The notes: a model not told the origin generated them from the letters alone. A stretch of 64,000 bases of DNA from Candidatus Doudnabacteria bacterium (GCA_041497195.1 JBGQGB010000001.1:279376-343375); one strand, 5' to 3'; positions 39,283 to 49,598 are shown, counted from the stretch's first letter. Numbers and translations are program-made.

Positions 39283-39328
39283 CACTACATATTGTGGTTC
39301 TTAAGCTCAAGATACAACTATATGTTGT
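39283..39328. promoter_or_regulatory. Two tandem NrdR-box-like palindromes upstream of nrdR-nrdJ
   Basis: ccactacatattgtgg (39283-39298) and acaactatatgttgt (39314-39328), centres ~31 bp apart, resembling consensus acaCwAtATaTwGtgt. Confidence 0.6.
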
Positions 39329-39523
39329 TTTGTGTCAAGTTGGCAAAAAGCACTGAAAACAGGCTAAATCCCCTTTGACTCCAGCTTTTTATCCACACAA
39401 ATCCAAAAACAAAAATTGCCTGGCCAAATCAGTCAAGCAATTTATCAGTGTCAAACTATAGCTATTTCATCTTCTTTCTAATGAACGCCGGCCTGCACGC
39501 CGAAATTCCAATGGCAATAACCA

Positions 39524-40672
39524 CTACTTCATCTTTTTCCGAATGAAGGCGGGGATGTCTAGCTCCTCGTGTTCATCGTCGTCCGGTTCATCCAAGCTCT
39601 TTGTCGCAAACACCGGCTCCCTGGTCTTCTCAGTCATGTCTGGGGTGTCTCCAAAACTAAGGGAACTGGTCAAAGCGCTCTTCTGTACTGGTTTCTTGCG
39701 CACCACTTCGTCAAAACCAGTCGCAATCACAGTAATGCGAATTTCATCAGAAAGCTGCTCGTCCACCACGGCCCCAAAGATAATCTTGGCATCGGAATCG
39801 ACACTCCTGGTAATAATCTTGGCTGCTTCGTCGACTTCATACATACCCAAATCCTTGCCGCCTGTAATATTGAACAACACTCCTTTGGCCCCGTCGATTG
39901 AGACTTCTAGAAGAGGGGAATCAATCGCGGCTTTGGCGGCTTCCACGGCCCGATTCTCGCCGCTGCCTTTGCCAATGCCCATGAGGGCCGAACCAGCATC
40001 AGCCATCACGCTTTTCACGTCAGCAAAATCCACATTGATTAGTCCCGGAATGGTGACCAGATCAGCGATCCCCTGCACGCCTTGCCTCAAGACGTCATCC
40101 ACGGTCCGGAAAGCATCAAGCAGGGAGGTCTTTTTGTCGATGATCTGCAAAATCCGATCATTGGGAATCACGATGATGGTATCGACGTTTTCCTTGAGTT
40201 CTTCCAAAGCTTTCTCGGCAATCTCCCGACGCTTGGCCCCTTCGAAAGCAAAAGGCTTGGTCACCACCCCCACGGTCAGAATCCCTTCGCCTTTGGCGAT
40301 CTGGGCCACCACCGGACCTGCGCCGGAACCAGTGCCGCCACCGAGACCGCAAGTCACAAAAACCATATCAGAACCTTTGAGGGATTCCAAAATCTCTTCT
40401 TTGCTTTCTTCCGCGGCCTGCCGACCAGTATCCGGGTTCATGCCAGCGCCGAGGCCTCTGGTCGTCTGCTTGCCGATCTGAACTTTTTTGTCAGCCTTGG
40501 AATGGTGCAGGGCTTGCGCATCAGTATTGATGGCAATAAACTCCACGCCAGAAAGGCCGGCGGTAATCATACGGTGGATAGCATTGTGTCCTGACCCTCC
40601 CACGCCGATGACCTTAATCCGGGCAATTGTCTCAATTTTTGGCTTAATCTCCATATGGTTTCTGTTGGCCAT
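39524..40672 (-). CDS. ftsZ: Cell division protein FtsZ
   Basis: 382 aa; [13 protein letters not shown] tubulin signature. Confidence 0.95.
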   Translation of the reverse strand: MANRNHMEIKPKIETIARIKVIGVGGSGHNAIHRMITAGLSGVEFIAINTDAQALHHSKADKKVQIGKQTTRGLGAGMNPDTGRQAAEESKEEILESLKGSDMVFVTCGLGGGTGSGAGPVVAQIAKGEGILTVGVVTKPFAFEGAKRREIAEKALEELKENVDTIIVIPNDRILQIIDKKTSLLDAFRTVDDVLRQGVQGIADLVTIPGLINVDFADVKSVMADAGSALMGIGKGSGENRAVEAAKAAIDSPLLEVSIDGAKGVLFNITGGKDLGMYEVDEAAKIITRSVDSDAKIIFGAVVDEQLSDEIRITVIATGFDEVVRKKPVQKSALTSSLSFGDTPDMTEKTREPVFATKSLDEPDDDEHEELDIPAFIRKKMK

Positions 40673-40744
40673 AATACTTATAGAATAATACTAAAGCTCA
40701 GTACAAAGCGCAACCTGCACCCCACACCAAGCGCGCAGCACAAA

Positions 40745-41998
40745 CTAGGGTAAAAATTGTTTAAAAAACTTTCTTATCCGCTCGACACTGGCATTTTGCA
40801 AAACTTTTTTGGCAAACTGACTCATCCCGGCCATCCCAGGTCTTTTGGTCAGATATTCATCCGCCCACAAAATCAAACCCACGGCTGTGGCATAGGCCGG
40901 GTCATCCACGCGGTCAATGATGGTGGCGATATTTAAAGGAAACCCGATTTGTACGGGTAGGCGCAATTCTTTTTTGGCCAGCTCCACGAGGCCCGGAAGT
41001 TTGGTGCCCGCCCCAGTCAAAATCGCTCCCGCTGGCAACTGTCCGTCGCGGCCCACAGATTTCAACTCCTTGTTGACCATGCTAAAAATTTCCTCGAGCC
41101 GCGCCTGAATAATCTCGGCGAGATGGTGTCTGGAAATATGGCCCTCTTCGTTTTTATCAATTTTAGCCAAATTTATTTCCTCATCCTTCTTGACACTAGT
41201 AGGATTGGCCACCCCATACTCGGTTTTGATGAGTTCCGCGGCATCCACTGAAGTCCGCAGGCCAATAGCGATATCATTGGTGATATGATCCGAGCCGACT
41301 GGCAAAATTGTGGCATGTAACAACTCGGATTCTTCAAAAGCCACCACTCCGGTCGTGCCCCCGCCGAGCTCAATAAGCACCACCCCCAGCTCTTTTTGCC
41401 GCTTGGTCAGCACGGATTGAGCCGCGGCCAGGGGAGCGAGGACCAAATCGTCAATATCAATGCCGGCTTGCATGACGCACTTGGTCAAATTTTTTATAAA
41501 TGGGATAGAGGCCTCAATGATCTGGGTGTCCACTTCCAGGCGAATTCCCGTCATCCCGACCGGGTCTTTGATGCCAGCCTGTCCGTCGACAGTGAAATCT
41601 TTGGGGATGACGTGCAAAATTTCCCGATTTGTTGGAATCTGAATGGCCTGGCTGGCGTCGATCACGCGCACCACGTCGTTCTCGGTAATTTCCCCGTCCG
41701 CCCGCGCAACTGCGATGACGCCGTGACTGCCCAAACTGCTGACGTGCGCGCCCCCGACAGAAACCACCGCATGCTCCGTGGAAATACCCGTCATGCGCTC
41801 AGCCTTTTCCAAAGCAGTGGAGATGGAAGAAACAGCCTCCTCGATATCGACAATCACGCCACGCCGAATGCCGGCTGACGGGGCTTCGCCCACTCCGATA
41901 ATACTCGGCGGCGTGGATTCATTTTCCCGTTTGCCCACGACCACCCGAATCATAGTCGTCCCGACATCCAAACCCACCAAAATTTGATTTGAAGCCAT
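40745..41998 (-). CDS. ftsA: Cell division protein FtsA
   Basis: 417 aa; actin-like VGLDVGTT, GGGTTD motifs. Confidence 0.9.
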   Translation of the reverse strand: MASNQILVGLDVGTTMIRVVVGKRENESTPPSIIGVGEAPSAGIRRGVIVDIEEAVSSISTALEKAERMTGISTEHAVVSVGGAHVSSLGSHGVIAVARADGEITENDVVRVIDASQAIQIPTNREILHVIPKDFTVDGQAGIKDPVGMTGIRLEVDTQIIEASIPFIKNLTKCVMQAGIDIDDLVLAPLAAAQSVLTKRQKELGVVLIELGGGTTGVVAFEESELLHATILPVGSDHITNDIAIGLRTSVDAAELIKTEYGVANPTSVKKDEEINLAKIDKNEEGHISRHHLAEIIQARLEEIFSMVNKELKSVGRDGQLPAGAILTGAGTKLPGLVELAKKELRLPVQIGFPLNIATIIDRVDDPAYATAVGLILWADEYLTKRPGMAGMSQFAKKVLQNASVERIRKFFKQFLP

Positions 41999-42000
41999 AA

Positions 42001-42447
42001 TTAATTCAGTAAGGATTTCACTGTTTGAGACACTGCCGCTCCGTCCGCGCGGCCTTTGAGCTTGGTCATCGCAGCTTGCATGACCTTGCCAAAATCTTTC
42101 GGTCCTGCCGGCTTCAGCTCCTCAATGACTGCTTGCACAGTACTGCGAAGTTCAGTCTCCGAAACCGGTTCGGGCAAATAGGATTGAATAACCTGAACCT
42201 CTGCTTCTTCCTGTGCGACCAAATCATCCCGGGCGCCGGTTTTGAATTGAGCAATGGAATCTTTGTGCTTTTTGACTGAACCCTGCAAAACCGCCAGAAT
42301 CTGCTCATCCGAAAGCTGGCCGTGTTTGGCGATTTCTTGATTGTGAATATCAGCCAGCATCATCCGCGTCACGGAAATCTTTACTCGATCACGGCTCTTC
42401 AAGGCCTCCTTCATATCATGTTCAATTTTTTCTTTGAGTGACGTCAA
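42001..42447 (-). CDS. GatB/YqeY-domain protein
   Basis: 148 aa; helical YqeY-like pattern (KSRDRVKISVTRMMLADI...). Confidence 0.65.
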   Translation of the reverse strand: MTSLKEKIEHDMKEALKSRDRVKISVTRMMLADIHNQEIAKHGQLSDEQILAVLQGSVKKHKDSIAQFKTGARDDLVAQEEAEVQVIQSYLPEPVSETELRSTVQAVIEELKPAGPKDFGKVMQAAMTKLKGRADGAAVSQTVKSLLN

Positions 42448-42470
42448 AACCGATAAAACAATTTTTAGAA

Positions 42471-42725
42471 TTAACGACCGCCGCGACGAGATCCGCGAAA
42501 AACAGGCAATTTACCCATACGACGCAAATTTTCTCGCTCTTCTGCGAGCTCGTTGCGACGCCTGGCACTCTCCCGAATCAGATTGCGGGATTTGCGCGGC
42601 TCGAAAAATTGGATTCTCCGGGCCCGAACCAAAATTCCGCTCTGCTGAATTTTCCGATTGAAACGGCGAAGTAGGCTTTCGAAGGATTCACCATCCTTCC
42701 GCTTGACTTCGACCACAAAATTCAC
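42471..42725 (-). CDS. rpsU: 30S ribosomal protein S21
   Basis: 84 aa; basic, ...SLLRRFNRKIQQSGILVRARRIQFFEPRKSRNLIRESARRR. Confidence 0.75.
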   Translation of the reverse strand: MNFVVEVKRKDGESFESLLRRFNRKIQQSGILVRARRIQFFEPRKSRNLIRESARRRNELAEERENLRRMGKLPVFRGSRRGGR

Positions 42726-42885
42726 CCCCTCAGTTGGATTAAAATAAGTAGTCGCATTATACCACCCTTATCCGCGAACGGCAAATCCACCCCACAGCTT
42801 TGTCCTCAAACAAAAACAAGATACTTGGGATGCATTATCAATCTAGAAACCGAAGCCAACGCCGCAAGGTGGCTTCCTGGTGATT

Positions 42886-44160
42886 CTATTTACCCAAGCG
42901 CTTCTTCACTTCTTCAATAATACGATCGCGAGCAAACACCTCCTGGATGCCGCTGCGCATATCTCGCAAAATGATGGTTTCATCAAGCGCCTCTTTCTGA
43001 CCTATGATCAGCGTGATATCCGTATGCCTGTCGACGGCTTCCTTGAGTTGATTCTTAATGCTGCTGTTGCCCAAAATCGCTTCCTCGGCGCTAATCCCGG
43101 CTTGCTGCAGTGCCCGCTGCAAAAGCAGGGCGGGGCGTGCTGCCATTTCTCCCAAAGGAACCATAAACACTTCCACGTGACTGCCGATTTTTCTTGACTC
43201 CTCAGGTATCAGCTGCCAAAACTTTTCAAAAGAAGTCAAAAAACCGAGCAAGGGCACTTCGCTATCGTGACCTAAATAAACGGCAAAGCTTCCATAATTG
43301 CCGCCGGCACCCAAAATAGTTTTGCCTTCGTTAACTGTGACTCGGAAAATCATTTTTTGCTGCAAGATCTGCAAACTCAGGCTAGGCTTGAGCGTATAGA
43401 CGATTCCCAGGGAGTCGAGAGTTTCCAAAACGCCGACCAGAGTCGCCCGGCAGGACTCATCCAGAAAATCAACGATCTGGGGGGCGTTTGAGAGCAAAGC
43501 CTGGCAGGCTGGGTTTTCACAACGCCAGATCGCCATTGGGTTGGTTTCCAGATCCGAGGCTGATTCAGGACAAAGTTCGTAGTGAACTTTACGCAAATAT
43601 TCCTGCAGCATCCCTTGGTAATCTTTTTGGCACAGCTTGCAGCCCAAACAATTCACCTCCACCACAAAATCTTTGATCCCAAAAGCGTTGAATACCTGGC
43701 TAACCCCGTCAATGAGCTGGGCGTGCGCTAGTCCCGAGTCTTCGCCTAAGATAAACATCCCGAGCTCGTGGGAGCTGGCTAATTTGCCGTCGTTAATTTC
43801 TAGCACCGGAGACAGATAAAACCATTTGGCAACGTGTGGTCCGTGCAATTTGACGTTTCTGGCGTAACGCTTCAGGATGCTCAAAAAATGAGTCGGGTTC
43901 AAAACCAGATCATGTTGAAACCGCCCGTCGGAAACTTCCAAAATTTTGTCTCCAAAATGTCGCTGCAGTTCCGGGTGTTTGACAAAAACAGAACGCTCTT
44001 CGACTGGCGATGGGAGAACCTGCTGGAATCCCAAATTCTCAACTTTTTTCAAAAGATTATCCATGGCCAAATCCTGTGCCACCACTGTGGATTGGGGAAC
44101 CTCGGTCAAAACCGGCTGGCGGACAAAGGTAGCGATATTTTTTTTGCGTTTTAAATTCAT
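42886..44160 (-). CDS. Divergent class-IIa aaRS-like protein (HisRS/HisZ-like paralog) with Cys-cluster insertion
   Basis: 424 aa; catalytic-core-like N-half (LNPTHF~LRPEgT, FYLSPVLEIN~YYxGPvFRyE, GAGGNYG~GGRYD degenerate), C-terminal HGPT-type anticodon-binding domain (VFMVPLGE...LIIGQKE); insertion CLGCKLC...CPESA...CENPAC. Confidence 0.45.
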   Translation of the reverse strand: MNLKRKKNIATFVRQPVLTEVPQSTVVAQDLAMDNLLKKVENLGFQQVLPSPVEERSVFVKHPELQRHFGDKILEVSDGRFQHDLVLNPTHFLSILKRYARNVKLHGPHVAKWFYLSPVLEINDGKLASSHELGMFILGEDSGLAHAQLIDGVSQVFNAFGIKDFVVEVNCLGCKLCQKDYQGMLQEYLRKVHYELCPESASDLETNPMAIWRCENPACQALLSNAPQIVDFLDESCRATLVGVLETLDSLGIVYTLKPSLSLQILQQKMIFRVTVNEGKTILGAGGNYGSFAVYLGHDSEVPLLGFLTSFEKFWQLIPEESRKIGSHVEVFMVPLGEMAARPALLLQRALQQAGISAEEAILGNSSIKNQLKEAVDRHTDITLIIGQKEALDETIILRDMRSGIQEVFARDRIIEEVKKRLGK

Positions 44161-44184
44161 ATCTATCGTGAAGTAAACAACAAT

Positions 44185-44814
44185 CTAGTTCGCTACTGAA
44201 AGTGGTTTGTAAGCCGGTGCTGAAAATTGCCCTAGCTCATTTGTCGGAAAAAGCCGAAACAAAACGCGCCCGACAATATATTTACGATCCAGCGCTCCGA
44301 AGACTCGAGAATCCGAGGAAGACAACCGGTTGTCACCCAACACAAAAAACTCATTCGGCCCGAGCGTGCGGTCAATATTGCCGTAGGTAATATTGTTGTT
44401 AGGCAGATAGCTTTCGTCCAAGGCAATCCCGTTTGGGTTGGCAGCATTGTAGACAGTGACATGTCCATTGTCGATCACTATCCGCTCGTTCGGCAAACCG
44501 ACTATTCGCTTGATGAAGTATTGGGAGGTGTCATTGGGAAATTTCAAAACAATCACCTCGCCACGTTCCGGCTGACGCAAATGATAGGTCATTTCGTCTA
44601 TGATCAAATAATTACCGTCCTGAAAATTGGGTCGCATCGAATCGCCAGTCACTACAAACGGTTGAAACAAAAACCACCGCACTGGAATGATAATAGCGAC
44701 AGCGATGATAAAAACCTTCAAAAAATCAAAAATGAACAAGCCTACCGCCCCTAGAGTACTGCTGGGTTTATTGTGCTCGGGCATTGGGGTTTGCGGCGCG
44801 GTATTTTCTGGCAT
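44185..44814 (-). CDS. lepB: Signal peptidase I
   Basis: 209 aa; VVTGDSMRPNF (Ser box), GDNRLSSSDSRVFG (Lys box region). Confidence 0.9.
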   Translation of the reverse strand: MPENTAPQTPMPEHNKPSSTLGAVGLFIFDFLKVFIIAVAIIIPVRWFLFQPFVVTGDSMRPNFQDGNYLIIDEMTYHLRQPERGEVIVLKFPNDTSQYFIKRIVGLPNERIVIDNGHVTVYNAANPNGIALDESYLPNNNITYGNIDRTLGPNEFFVLGDNRLSSSDSRVFGALDRKYIVGRVLFRLFPTNELGQFSAPAYKPLSVAN

Positions 44815-45021
44815 AATTTTATTTGCAAGCGATGGGACTGAATCAAGCCTCTAGCTTTGCTGCCAAAGCCAAGCCATTCAATCAAGATAACGATACCTTT
44901 ATTTCAAATTTGCTACAGTAAGGTTTACTATAGCACTAAAATAGACTAACTTCAACACCAAAAAAGCGCTATGTAAAACGCGTTTTAAAAAGCTTGGACA
45001 ACAAAAATCCGTAAATTCATA

Positions 45022-45098
45022 TGGTGGACGCAGCTGGACTCGAACCAGCGACCTCTGCAATGTGAATGCAGCGCTCTAACCAGCTGAGCTATGCGTCC
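45022..45098 (-). tRNA. tRNA-Val (anticodon CAC), CCA encoded
   Basis: Acceptor GGACGCA/TGCGTCC, D-arm GCTC-AGCTGGTTA-GAGC, anticodon stem CTGCA/TGCAG loop TTCACAT, T-arm GCTGG-TTCGAGT-CCAGC, ACCA. Confidence 0.85.
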
Positions 45099-45210
45099 GC
45101 ATCTTATATGTATGCCTTTGTTCCTTTGTCCAAAAAACCGCGGTTTTTTGGAATTTTTTTGATCACAATTACTATATCAAATTATCGGAAATTTTGATAT
45201 AATAAAATTC

Positions 45211-46581
45211 ATGCTTGATTCCGTACAATCGCCGCAACACAACCCAGAACCAATCCTGCCGAAAAGGGGTAAATTTCGATTTTGGTTTGCCCTCATCATG
45301 CTGATACTCTTAGGCGGCGGGATTTTCGTGGGCAGCCGCTTGGTCATCTTCGCGCAAAAAATAATCGAAACCAAAAACGGTCCTCTCAGCTTTGGTCAGT
45401 TATTTCTCGGCTCCGACAAAAAACTCACCGGGGAAGACCAAAAGGAAGTGCATATCCTCCTGATGGGCATCGGGGGCGAGGGCCACGACGGCCCGAACCT
45501 GACGGACACGATGATTTTGGCCACTTTGAAGCTGCCGCAAAATTCCCAGGAAAAACTCCAGGTCGGGCTTTTTTCCATCCCCCGCGATCTGGTCGTAAAT
45601 ATACCGGGGCATGATTTCGTAAAAATCAATTCTGCCTTTGCCTACGGCCAACAGGATAATCAAAATCAGGGAGCGGCCCTCGCCACGCAAGCCGTAGAAA
45701 ACCTCCTTGATATCAAAATTCCCTACTACGGGGTTCTGGATTTTCAAGGCTTCAAAAAAGTCGTGGACGACGTCGGTGGGGTCACGGTGAACGTGGACCG
45801 AACTTTTACTGATCGTGAGTATCCGGATGAAAAAAACGGCTATCTCCCACCGGTCACTTTTGAAGCAGGGACACAGACCATGGACGGCGGACGGGCGCTC
45901 GAATATGTCCGCTCTCGCCACGGAGACAACGGCGAAGGCACGGATTTTGCCCGCTCCCGCAGACAGGAAAAAATATTGAAAGCTCTGAAAGACAAAATCG
46001 TCAACTTGCGCGTCCTGATAAACCTGAATCTCATGGACCAGATCCTCAACGATATTGGTGATCACGTACGGACCAATTTGCAGCCTTACGAGATGAAACG
46101 AATTTATGATCTGACTAAAAACGTCAACGATGCCGACATCGCGACCAATTCTCTCGACGTAGAGTCCGGCATCCTTTGCAACCAAATCGACCAGAATACC
46201 GGCGCCTATATTTTGGTTCCGTGCACCGGCTTGTCGGACTATAGCGGCATTCGAAATCTATTTGATAGTCAATTTGTCGCCCATTCGTTCTTGCGGGAAA
46301 ATCCGACCGTAGAAATCCAAAACGCCGGGGGCGACGGACAAATTTTGAAATCGGCCCAAGCCAAAATTTTTCACCCGGACCTCAAAACTACTGTGGGTTT
46401 CTATCGCGGCAAGGTCGCGTATACGCAAAGCATCATCTACGATAATACCGGGGGGCAAAAATTGGAAACCTTGCAATATCTCAAAGACCGTCTGGGAATA
46501 GGCGTCGCCTCTGGGCCTTTTCCTTTCGCAACTAGCACTCAAAATCCGGATTTCGTCATCATCCTGGCTAAAAATTTATAG
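45211..46581 (+). CDS. LytR-CpsA-Psr (LCP) family cell-envelope phosphotransferase
   Basis: 456 aa; N-terminal TM; HILLMGIGGEGHDGPNLTDTMILATL and FSIPRDLVV LCP motifs. Confidence 0.8.
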   Translation: MLDSVQSPQHNPEPILPKRGKFRFWFALIMLILLGGGIFVGSRLVIFAQKIIETKNGPLSFGQLFLGSDKKLTGEDQKEVHILLMGIGGEGHDGPNLTDTMILATLKLPQNSQEKLQVGLFSIPRDLVVNIPGHDFVKINSAFAYGQQDNQNQGAALATQAVENLLDIKIPYYGVLDFQGFKKVVDDVGGVTVNVDRTFTDREYPDEKNGYLPPVTFEAGTQTMDGGRALEYVRSRHGDNGEGTDFARSRRQEKILKALKDKIVNLRVLINLNLMDQILNDIGDHVRTNLQPYEMKRIYDLTKNVNDADIATNSLDVESGILCNQIDQNTGAYILVPCTGLSDYSGIRNLFDSQFVAHSFLRENPTVEIQNAGGDGQILKSAQAKIFHPDLKTTVGFYRGKVAYTQSIIYDNTGGQKLETLQYLKDRLGIGVASGPFPFATSTQNPDFVIILAKNL

Positions 46582-46591
46582 CTTGAAAAAA

Positions 46592-47146
46592 ATGAAATTG
46601 ATCGTCGGATTAGGCAATCCTGGAAAAAAATACCAACAGACTCGGCATAATGTTGGATTTCGGGTTGTCGAGCGGCTTGGCTTAGAAAAAGGGGTAAAAT
46701 TTTATTCAGAACCAAAGTTCAAGGCCAATATTGCCTTACTGACTTCCGAGCCGGAAAAAGTCAGACTGGTACAGCCGTTGACCTACATGAATGCATCCGG
46801 AGAAGCAGTGTCCGATCTCAAAAAATACTACAAATATTCGGACGAAGATATCGTCGTAGTTCATGACGATATAGATTTGCCTTTGGGAAAGATCCGGGTT
46901 TCCAAAGGGGCCGGAACGGCGGGACACCGCGGCATAGAATCAATTTTGGGACAAATGGATAAGTCAAAACTGAACCGCATAAGAATTGGTATCGAAAATA
47001 GAAAAACTCGTCGCGAGATACCCACTGAAATTTACGTCCTGCAAAAATTTACCGCAGCCGAAGAAACAATATTTGAAAATAAAATCATTCCCCTGGCTAT
47101 AGCGGAAATCAAAAAGTTCTTATCAAAAAACGAAACTCCACAATAA
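46592..47146 (+). CDS. pth: Peptidyl-tRNA hydrolase
   Basis: MKLIVGLGNPGKKYQQTRHNVGF...; ORF-track start at 46583 is a TTG, ATG at 46592 preferred. Confidence 0.85.
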   Translation: MKLIVGLGNPGKKYQQTRHNVGFRVVERLGLEKGVKFYSEPKFKANIALLTSEPEKVRLVQPLTYMNASGEAVSDLKKYYKYSDEDIVVVHDDIDLPLGKIRVSKGAGTAGHRGIESILGQMDKSKLNRIRIGIENRKTRREIPTEIYVLQKFTAAEETIFENKIIPLAIAEIKKFLSKNETPQ

Positions 47147-47352
47147 CTTGTGGAGCAGAGTCCGCCTTGAGCGGATAGTGCCCTGTTACCTACCAGCGAG
47201 CGTAAGCCCCTACTGGATAAACCAGTCCTGACTTAACTTGACGGTTACTCATCAGCTCTAGGAGGGATGAAACTGACTTTGGCCACTCGAAGGTAGGTAG
47301 TAAAGCACTATCAGAGAGATATGTTAGCAGTTTTGGGCAGGATTGTCAAGAG

Positions 47353-48441
47353 ATGAACAAAGAGCACATCTATTTTAACGCTTTCAACCAGGTCGGCCAA
47401 ATCGGTTCGGTCCGGTTTCGCAAACTCCTGAATCATTTCCCGGACATGGAAACAGCCTGGCGCGCCCCTATGGGTGAATATTTGAGAGCTGGGCTGGAGG
47501 AGCCGATAGTCCAAAAAATCCTGGAAATCAAGACGCAAATCGAGCCGGAAGCCGAATTTGAAAAATTGCTTAAAAAAGCCGTCACGCTCCTGACTTATCC
47601 GGAAGAGAGCTACCCGAAACTGCTCAAAGAAATCCCCAATCCGCCGATGATTTTGTATATCTTAGGGACGATTCAGGCCAAAGACGAGATGGCAGTCGCG
47701 GTAGTCGGGAGCCGCAAATTCAGCCAGTACGGCCAACAGGTGACGCAGGACATCGTGCGCGACCTGGTGCGCGCCAACATTACTGTTGTTTCCGGTTTAG
47801 CTCTCGGCATTGACGCACTCGCTCACCGCACTGCCGTCGAGTTTGATGGGCGGACCGTGGCAGTGCTGGCCTGCGGCATTGACTCGATCTACCCGGCCAA
47901 CAACCGCGTGATTGCCGACAAAATTTTGCAAGGCCACGGCGCCATCATCTCCGAGTTTCCTCTCGGCACCCCCCCGCTCAAACACCATTTCCCCCACCGC
48001 AACCGGATCATCTCCGGCCTGTCTCTGGGCACGGTGGTGATCGAAGCCGCGCTTGATTCCGGCGCGCTGATCACCGCCCAGCATGCCCTGGAACAAAATC
48101 GCCAGGTATTTGCTGTCCCAGGGTCAATCTACAATCCCGCTTCCGCTGGGCCGAATAACCTCCTCAAAATGGGGGCTAAACCAGTGACGGCGGCAACAGA
48201 CATTCTTGAGGATTTGAATCTGGGACATTTACAACAGGAATTGCTCACTGAAGAAATAGTCGGCGACAATGAAGACGAGCAAAAAATCCTCGCCATCCTC
48301 ACCCGCGTACCCCAACATTTTGACCAAATCACCCAACTAGTGAGCTTGCCCGCTGCCACAGTCGCCGCTAGTTTGACCATCATGGAAATGAAAGGCAAGG
48401 TCCGCAACCTCGGTGCCAATCAATATATCAAGCCTAGATAA
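47353..48441 (+). CDS. dprA: DNA processing protein DprA/Smf
   Basis: 362 aa; Rossmann-like VVSGLALGIDALAHRTA, C-terminal winged-helix-like tail. Confidence 0.85.
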   Translation: MNKEHIYFNAFNQVGQIGSVRFRKLLNHFPDMETAWRAPMGEYLRAGLEEPIVQKILEIKTQIEPEAEFEKLLKKAVTLLTYPEESYPKLLKEIPNPPMILYILGTIQAKDEMAVAVVGSRKFSQYGQQVTQDIVRDLVRANITVVSGLALGIDALAHRTAVEFDGRTVAVLACGIDSIYPANNRVIADKILQGHGAIISEFPLGTPPLKHHFPHRNRIISGLSLGTVVIEAALDSGALITAQHALEQNRQVFAVPGSIYNPASAGPNNLLKMGAKPVTAATDILEDLNLGHLQQELLTEEIVGDNEDEQKILAILTRVPQHFDQITQLVSLPAATVAASLTIMEMKGKVRNLGANQYIKPR

Positions 48442-49468
48442 AAAAACGGTTTTGTTTTTGCTGGCCCTCTTTGGCGCCGGCATTTTTTGGTTCAACCAAG
48501 CCTCCGCGCCGGCTGCGCGACCTTCCTCAAATTTACCACTGGCTGCTGAAACGCCGCGCCGTACCACAGTGCTCTTGACTGGCGATATTATGCTGTCGCG
48601 GAACGTGGGTGCCAAAATAGATGCCGCAAACAATCCCAGTCTGCCATTTCAAAATCTGCAGGATAACTTACAAATTGCTAGCCTGACTTTTGGCAATCTG
48701 GAGTGCCCGCTCTCGGAAAACCCCAATCCTTTGGGTGAAGGGCTGGTATTTCGCTGCCTCGCACGATTTGTTACAGGCCTCGTCACTGCGGGATTTGATG
48801 TCCTCTCGACTGCCAACAATCACGCCCTCGATCAGGGAGAAAAAAATGTAGACTACACCATCGACTATCTCGCTTCCCAAAATATTTTGCCAGTAGGCAC
48901 TGGCCATGACTTTGCCGAAGCGCATGCCGGACAAATCCTGCCGCGCAATGGAATCAAGTTTGGCTTTCTGTCCTATAGCTACACAGCGCTCAATGATGGC
49001 GGCAAAAGCACTAACCCAAAAATCGCTGACTTCAATGACACCCCACAAATGCAAAAAGACGTGGCTGCCCTGAGGGAGCGCACCGACATTGTCATCGTGA
49101 ATATGCATGCCGGGATTGAGTACACCAGACTCCCAACGCCAACGCAGATTAAATTCGCCCATGCCGCGATTGATGCTGGCGCTGACGTAGTGGTGGGCGA
49201 ACACTCGCACTGGATCCAAAATATCGACACTTACCAAGGCAAACCGGTTTTCTACGGCCTAGGGAATTTTGTGTTTGACCAGTCCTGGAGTGAGGAGACT
49301 AAAGAAGGCCTGACCGTGAAACTGAATTTCCAGGGCAAGCAACTCCAGTCCGCTGACTTGCTGCCAGTGATAATCGAAAATAATTTTCAACCACGGCCAG
49401 CGACTGCAAAAGAAACGCAGGCGATTTTACAGAAAATCAGCGCGACTTCGACCATAATCAATTTCTGA
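48413..49468 (+). CDS. capA: CapA/PgsA-family metallophosphatase (poly-gamma-glutamate/capsule synthesis protein)
   Basis: 351 aa (GTG start, overlaps dprA); signal anchor; GDIMLSR, ANNHALD, VNMHAGIEY, GEHSHW, GLGNFVFDQ motifs. Confidence 0.75.
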   Translation: MPINISSLDKKTVLFLLALFGAGIFWFNQASAPAARPSSNLPLAAETPRRTTVLLTGDIMLSRNVGAKIDAANNPSLPFQNLQDNLQIASLTFGNLECPLSENPNPLGEGLVFRCLARFVTGLVTAGFDVLSTANNHALDQGEKNVDYTIDYLASQNILPVGTGHDFAEAHAGQILPRNGIKFGFLSYSYTALNDGGKSTNPKIADFNDTPQMQKDVAALRERTDIVIVNMHAGIEYTRLPTPTQIKFAHAAIDAGADVVVGEHSHWIQNIDTYQGKPVFYGLGNFVFDQSWSEETKEGLTVKLNFQGKQLQSADLLPVIIENNFQPRPATAKETQAILQKISATSTIINF

Positions 49469-49598
49469 TTTGCAAACTTGCTGGTTTGGAATTATTATCA
49501 AAGTGTCCACTTAGCAAAGCTATGATTCACGTCAACAACGCCAATTTAATTTTTACCATCTCCTACAGTACGGGTCGGGCAAATCGTTTGCTTTGCTG

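Noticed and set aside
39543-40594. Plus-strand ORFs of 312 and 170 aa
   Set aside because: Antisense to ftsZ; Ser-rich shadow ORFs.
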